Source: the human T2T-CHM13v2.0 reference genome, Homo sapiens. From it: a stretch of 64,000 nt of DNA. The notes beneath the pieces are model-generated. The model saw nothing but the letters and a program-made list of their open reading frames with translations. It searched no databases and was not told where the DNA came from. The translations under genes were made by a program, and so were the position numbers. Below are positions 56,183 to 64,000 of this stretch, one piece after another; position 1 is the stretch's first letter; every line of letters starts with the position of its first letter. The stretch lies in assembly GCF_009914755.1 (NCBI RefSeq), contig NC_060935.1; one strand, 5' to 3'.

Positions 56183-56750
56183 AAACTTGCCAGACCAACA
56201 AAAACCAAAGTGAGAGTAAACTTCATAGGACATTTCAATTGAATTCTAAAAGTATTATTTTATTATTTAAAGAGACATTTCTGTTTGTCACACCCAAAGC
56301 AATCTACAAATTCAATACAATCCCCATCAAAATACCAATGACATCCTTCAGAGAAATAGACAACCCACAGAATGGGAGAAAATATTTGCAAACTATCCAT
56401 CTAACAAGAGATTAATAACAAGAATCTATAATGAGCCCAAATAACTCTACAGGAAAAAATCTAATAATCTGATTAAAAACTGGGCAGAGGATCTAAATAG
56501 ATATTTTTCAAACTAAGACAAACAAAAGGCAGACAGATATATAAAAATGTGCTCAACACCATTGATCATCCGAGAAATGCAAATCAAAATCACGAGATAC
56601 TATCTCGCCCCAGTTAAAATTGCTTATATCCAAAAGAAAGACACTAATGAATAGTGGTGAATATGTGGAGAAAGGGAAACTCTCATACACTGTTGGTAGG
56701 AGTACAAATTGCTACAACCACTGTGGAGAACACTATAGAAGTTCTTCGGG

Positions 56751-57081
<331 letters not shown>

Positions 57082-57294
57082 CTAAAATTAGAGTATCATA
57101 TGATCCAGCAATCTCACTGCTAGACAGACCCAAAAGAAAGGAAATCAGTATATTGAAGAGATTTCTGCATTCATGTTTGTTGAAGCACTATTCACAACAG
57201 CCAAGATTTGGAAGCAACCTAAATGTCCATTGGCAGATTAATGGACAAAAAAACATGTACATATGCACAATGGAGTACTATTCAGCCATAAAAA

Positions 57295-57867
57295 CTAGAA
57301 CCACCATATGACCCAGCAACCCCACTTTTATCCAAAGTGGGACTTCAACAGATGTTTGAGTAGGGTCTTACACAGATATTTGTACACCAGTGTTCATAGC
57401 AATGGTATTTGCAATAGCCAAAAGATGGAAAAAATCAAAATGTCCATCAACAGATGAATAAACAAAATGTAGTAAAAAGATACAAATGGAATATTATTCA
57501 ACCATAGAAAGGAATGGAATTTTGATATATGTTACAATGTGAATGGATTTTGAAAACATTATGCTTAGTGAAATAATCCAGACACAGAAAAACAAATATT
57601 GTTTTGCTTCACTTATTAGGTACCTAGAATAGGAAAATATGTAAAGACAGAAAGTAGAATACAGGATACCAGCGGCTGGGGGCTGAATATAAGTTATTGT
57701 TTAATGAGTACAGAGTTTTTGTTGGGGATAATGAAAACATTTTGTATATACAAGATAGTAGTGGTTGTTACACAATATTATAATGTATTTAATGTCACTA
57801 AATTGTACATTTATGAATGGTTAAAATGATAAATGTTGTGTATGTGTTACCACAACAAAAAAGAAAC
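57295..57867 (+). mobile_element. L1MB-like 3' end nested inside the L1MA
   Basis: AGGTACCTAGAATAGG...AGACAGAAAGTAGAAT...AGTTATTGTTTAATGAGTACAGAGTTT...TTACCACAAC. Confidence 0.75.
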
Positions 57868-58718
57868 TATCACCCAATCCAAGGTCACAAGTATTTATCT
57901 CTATGTGTTTTTTTTCTAAGAACATAGTTATAACTCCTACAAAAAAAATAATGAAATCCTGTCACTTACAGCAATATGAACGGGACTGAAGGACATTATG
58001 TTAAATGAAATAAGCCACGCACACAAAAACAAACTTCACATGTTCTCACTCATTTGTGGGAACTAAAACTTTAAAAACTCATGAAGATAGGGAGTAGAAT
58101 GATGGTTACCAGAGGCCTGGTAAGGCAAGTGTGGGTGTGGGTGTGGAAAATGAGGATTGTTATTAGGTACAAAAATACAGTTAGCTACAATGAATACCAT
58201 CTAGTATTTCATAGCACAACAGGGTGACTACAATCACCAATAATTTGTTGCACATTTTAGAACTGAGGAAGTACAATTGGAAAGTTCATAACACAAAGAA
58301 ATGATGAATGCTTGAGGTGATGAATACCCTGTTCACCTTGATGTTATTGTTACACATTTCAAGCATGTATCAAAATATCTCATGTACTCCATAAATATAT
58401 ACATTATATTTATGTGTATAGACATAAATATATGTGCCCTACTAGTAAGTATCCATACTAATTAGAAATTTTAAAAAAGGAAAACTATGAAGAGACATTT
58501 CTCAGAACTTAGATGATTTAATCTCACAGGCACTTATTAAGGGCATATAATTGGTTTTACACAGTCATTTAGCTGGATCTACAAAATGCTTACCAAATTA
58601 TGGTCACGGAAGAATGTCATAGTGTTCAAAGGCTATAATATATATGACTTCAGATTTGGAGATTATGGCTCTGATTCAGAAAGGATAGCCGAAAAATGTT
58701 TTAGTTACGTATTATAAC

Positions 58719-58745
58719 AAACACACACACACACACACACACACA
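58719..58745. repeat. (CA)n microsatellite
   Basis: Directly visible. Confidence 0.95.
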
Positions 58746-61700
58746 TTCACACAGAGGCATATATATCTCTGCCTACTTGCTTGTATATCTAAGTTTTGAA
58801 ATCTGAGCTGCTCTGCTTCTTGACAATAAATTCAAAACATACACAGTACATTTTCAGTGGAATTTATACCTGGTCTTCAGTTAACCCCAAGATCATAAAC
58901 CTGCATGTTTTTGACAAATTAATATCCATGAAATCATTTGCCAATTATAGCTGGTTCAGTTTGTTAATTGAATTCTTAGATGCTTTGCAGATCAATTTTT
59001 TCCTTACCTAATTTCTCTAATGCTAAAATTGTTAGATACTTTCTGTTAAATATCCAGTAATTTCACCATAAATTCAGTTTATAGACTTTTAGTCCAAAGA
59101 TTCAAAACGTATTGATACATGTCTCTAAAATGCTTTGGTAATTAATAAATTAACTTAATCAAAATATAAATATTCCCTCAAATCAGTATCTAATTATTAT
59201 AGATTCATGAATTTTTATAAAGCAGCAAAGGAAAGACTTCCATTTTTCCAGTTTCTGAGGGATGTTCCAGCGTTAAGTTTTCTTAGCAGATTATCGGGAG
59301 TCTACACTGTGGCCAAATCTGTTAGAAATGCAACATGATCCATTTTACAGAGATATTGACACTGATCATTATTTATTTTTCTGAATAGAGAAGAAATAAA
59401 TTTACAAAATATTATGAAAGAATTTGATTATGGGATTTTGTTAGAAAGTTTTTTATGCTTGGCTTTGATCCAGTCACTTTCTGCATCCCAGCATTTCAGT
59501 ATTTCCTAAGAACAGAAATAGATCAAAATGCCTTACACTCCTTAGCTTTCTGATATTCAAGCTCTCCACCCAACAACCAAATATGTGTGCATATGTTAAC
59601 TCCATCACAGTTTCTGCCAATGGATATTTCTTGAAACTCTATCCCTTCTCTTCACCTATCGACAGTCCACCCATAATTCAAGGCCTGGAACCACTTTAAT
59701 TTCACCATGTTCTTTTATGGAGATAAGATCTGGTCCCGTTTTGACATTTAGACTTCTGGTACATATTATACTCTGCCTTGTATATAGTTATTTATTTTCT
59801 TATCTGAGCCATCTTTTTGTAAGCTCCATGAATGTAGCTATCTTTTCATCTTAGCCCCTCTAACTCATATCTCTCTTTTTTGTAAAGTATAATGTTAATA
59901 AATGTTTATTAATTGGCTTGATAGCTAATTTCTAATATTCTTTGTACGGAATGTATTTATTGGTCACTCTTGTTACCCTGAGGTGAATTAGCAGAGTTTT
60001 TGGCTGAAATAATTGTTCAAGGAAAAAAAAATGTACTGAAAACTTGACAGAAATGCTAGAAATGTTTTTAAACTATAAGCAATAAAATTTAACATTTAAA
60101 ATAGTTATATCTTAGAATTATTTATGTTAGATACCTGGTCAAATTTGATTTCTAAAGGATTCCAGAATTTTAAATGACCTTTGTTATTATCATGATTTCC
60201 ATATATTTTAAATATAATATGTTAAAAAATCCCCCTCACTAAATTTTATCTAAACTAATTAAAATACCAAAAAAAACCCCAAAATTACATTTAGTTGATA
60301 ATCACAGAAACATTATAGTAACAGTGAGTACTAAACATCCTATCGCTTTTGCAGATACAAAAATGCCCCCAAAATGTACCTGGAAAAATTGTCTGTAGCA
60401 GCCCCAGGGCTTCTGAATTCCAGGGACATCATCTTCTGTGCCTGCTGAAGCAGATACTTGAGTCTTCTATTTTAAAAGGTATTTAGAAATACAGATACAC
60501 AAAGCTTTGCATTATTCTTTGTCTGAACCCAAGTCTCTAAAAAATATGTTTTTATAAATATTTTATTCTTTTTCTCTGTTTTGTGAAAGTGAAATTCATT
60601 TGGCCACTGGATACTTTCTACAGCCTACTTTGTTAAAATTACACTAAATTGCCTTTATAACTTAAAAATGATTTTAAGTATTATTATCTGCTAATAATTA
60701 GGTCCAAAGAGTTCTTGAGGCTTTGAAGTTATCCTGGCATCTGAGCCCAACCCTGCAATCTGGGGGCTGTCTCTGAAATTTCAGTCACATTTCCCTTAGT
60801 GCTTTTGAACCCGCAAACTGTTCTCTTGGCTCCTCTGACCTGACTAAAATGAAGAAAGGCATAAAATCTCCTGAGAAGTTGTGTCCTAACAAGATTTCAG
60901 ACCCAATTCCAGCCACCAAGGGGTTTTAGATAAGGCTTAGATACACAGTTCATCTTTTGGATTCTTTCATCCAACTCCAACCTTGGAACCCTTTATGTTT
61001 CCTTCACCTCTATTCACTTCACACGATTGGGTCCATCACTAATCATAATATAGGATTTTGCTTAGAAGTTTGATCAGCTTTAAAGTTCGCTCCAGCTCAG
61101 CATAGACCATACCCTTAGCTCTATAGGATGGCAGGATAAAGGGATTCTTTGCCCTGCACACTCTAGGAATTAATTGAACCAACTATAAATAACCTAAATA
61201 ACCATTCTAAGCAGAAAGGAAACACACATGGCATTACCTTGAAATATATCATTTCCAGATCGCCTTGAGCTCTTTATGAGGGGAAAAAATCACATCTTCT
61301 CACTGATAAATCTTACTTGTAATTAGCATGAGTGTACTTCAAATTCAGTGGATATTTTTGAAATATTTTACAAATCTTGAATAACTTGAGAATGTAACAA
61401 ATGATAGAAATTTGGGTCTGTACAATTAGAATATTTTTTTTTTTTAGATTTTATTTTAAAGCACTGGAATTTAAAGACAGTTACTGTCTGGGACTCTAAA
61501 TTATGGTATTTTGTTCTTTCATATGTAGATAAGAGTAAAATCATATGTGTGTACATGCAAATATATATAATATATGCTATATATGTATATATTAATACAG
61601 CTAACCAAGAAAAATAATATAGTGACAGAAGAAAAATATATTATTGTTAAATATCAAAGGGATTATCAATAGCATATTTAACAAGGTATGCGCATCTACT

Positions 61701-62966
61701 TACAATCTATGAGGTGCTGTGCTTGGCACTGTCAAGGAGACGTATTAAAGCATGCCACCTCACTTCACTGATATCACAGAAGTGAGATAGATACATCTAA
61801 TTCCAAAGAGGAATTCTTAAGGGCATAACAAAGGAAAAGCAAATATCTAAAGTACTAGGAGAGTTTTGAGAAAGATAAACCTTAATTAAGTACCCAGAAA
61901 GTTAAAAGGAAATATTCAGTAATGAAAATTTCTAACACTCTGAAATATGTATGTTTATAACAAAAGAGAAATTTGCAATGACTATTCAGTGTTCAGATCA
62001 CTAAATGCATTTTAAATTTTGTCTCATCGATGTTTCCTCTCTACCTGTTATTTTCATGAGGAATACTTGAAATGCATTTAGATGATGAGAAAGAATACTC
62101 AGTATCCTTAGAAGAGTGGTGTGGATTCAGAACAAAACTAAAGCAAGGATATGTGTTGCACACATAATTATTTAAAAATATCTTTTAAAAACAGGAAAAT
62201 CAATTACAGACTTTGGTAAGCATAGGGGATGGTTTCCCTGGAATTCAAAAACCCTGAGAAAAATCAAGAAATCTTAATTGAAACATGAGTCAAAGAAAGC
62301 AAGTCATGAAGTCTAAATTAATGGCTCTGCCCATTAATTGAATCATCATGTCATCAGATCAAATGTTATCCCAATGATAGTGGGGATTTAGTGACCCAAT
62401 CTACCACTGTAGGAAGAAAATTTAAAATGTATAGGAAGTACCAAAATGTTTAAATCAAAAATTTACTTCATCCTTCTATAAAGAATGACTTTGCTTATCC
62501 AAAATGACTAAAAAATATTATCCCATGTTTGGCATTTGCATGGGATGACAGAAGAAGGAACACTTCTGCTAACGATAGAAAAAGCAATATACAGCTATTA
62601 CTGCTGATAAATAGCCAAAGTACATGAATCACAACCGAAGTTCTCTTAACTGACTGACCTACATTTTAACTGACTGGCCAGATTAATCACAACCAGCCTT
62701 GATCCCTCTGTAAAACATACTGATTGAAGACCACAGCTTGTTGACCAGCCATCGCTAACTGGCTACCCCATGGCATACCATGCCATACCGCTCCCGTTGA
62801 GTTGCATGTGCATGCCCAGGAAGAATATATTTCGCTTGTTCCCAAAACTGTTTATGCAGTTTTACCTTTATCATTATAATTTTAAAATTTCATTAAATAT
62901 TTCATAAGCTTATAAAATAGGTCTACAAAAAGAAAAAAAGTGCTGTTTCTATGAAATATAAGTTGA

Positions 62967-63280
62967 GGCTGGGTGCGGTGGCTTACGCCTGTAATCCCAG
63001 CACTTTAGGAGGCCGAGGCGGGCAGATCACCTGAGGTCGGGAGTTCGAGATCAGTTTGACCAACGTGGAGAAACCCCATCTCTACTAAAAATACAAAATT
63101 AGCCAGGCGTAGTGATGTATGCCTGTAATCCCAGCTACTCGGGAGGCTGAGCCAGGAGAATTGCTTGAACCCGGGAGGCGGAGGTTGTGGTGGGCAGAGA
63201 ACGCACCATTGTACCCAGCCTGGGCAACAAGAGTGAAACTCCATCTCAAAAAAAAAAAAAAAAAAAGAAAAAAGAAAAAA
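62967..63280 (+). mobile_element. AluSp-like SINE
   Basis: GAGGTCGGGAG, TGACCAAC and GGAGAAACCCC diagnostics. TSD GAAATATAAGTTG / GAAATGTAAGCTG. Confidence 0.94.
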
Positions 63281-64000
63281 GAAATGTAAGCTGCTTTGGA
63301 AATATTCAATAAAGGAGAGTTAGCAAAATTTTTTGTTGAAGACCAGTTGTGCCTGAGATTGGTAAAGATGGGAATAATCATACGGATAGAAAAGGAATCT
63401 GATCTCAGATTGTATCGCAAATGGCTCTAAATTCATGCTTCACAAACATACACACTCACAAAAAGAAAAGAAGGAAGAAAAAGTGAAAGAAAAGTTGAAT
63501 CCAAACTAGAAACTATAGATACATCCTGAGGTCTGGCTTATAAATTGGAGAAAACTCAGAACTCCATTAGGCAGACCTTTGTGTTACAATAAAAATAGTA
63601 GATTCAAAGCTAACAGAAAATGTTTAAGGTATGAATTTTATAAGTTTTAAAAATTCCTTGCTTTATTTGATAAAGAAAAAAAAAAACATTAACCAACCAC
63701 TCGTCCCAATTAAACTGGATTTTAAGCAGTAATAGGGTCCCTAAGCACATGCTGGCCATCATAAGCACAGACCTGTCACTGATACACAAAGCTACTTGGT
63801 ATCTGCAGAAGATTCCCGAAAGAACTAGCTCATCCTATTTCCTTAGATACATACATTAAAATTGAGAATCAAACTTTTTGGAAGAAGTTATTGAATTTTG
63901 ACCACAGAATATACTGCATTCTTCATGGTTTACTGTATTTAATCACATACAAGCAAGTATTTAGAATGTGCATTTCAGAATATGGATGTGGTCATTTTGA

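Overview
AT-rich, CpG-depleted primate (most likely human) genomic DNA, intergenic or deep intronic. I recognise no host protein-coding gene, rRNA, tRNA or CRISPR array. The ORF track is explained by decayed L1, Alu and transposase sequence or by chance. The window is dominated by interspersed repeats: a full-length but dead L1PA7-like LINE-1 (~10.04-16.51 kb, minus), an apparently complete Charlie3/MER1-type hAT transposon with both TIRs, an 8-bp TSD and a broken transposase (40.57-43.56 kb), a 3-kb cluster of three solo LTRs from three ERV classes (34.2-37.2 kb), about a dozen Alus, MaLR LTRs, MIR/L2 and L1M fragments. The most unusual signals are mechanistic scars. They include a ~180-bp alpha-satellite-like piece inside a MER5A, a 25-bp templated insertion in the L1 copied from 1.75 kb away, and three twin-primed (5'-inverted) L1 insertions. 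There is also an older L1MB block nested in a younger L1MA, plus several perfect tandem duplications and fold-back hairpins. A minus-strand spliced non-coding transcript with a MYB-motif-rich promoter near 62.7 kb is only a weak hypothesis. Subfamily names come from recalled consensus sequences and need RepeatMasker/Dfam confirmation. I found no evidence for a new biological system.
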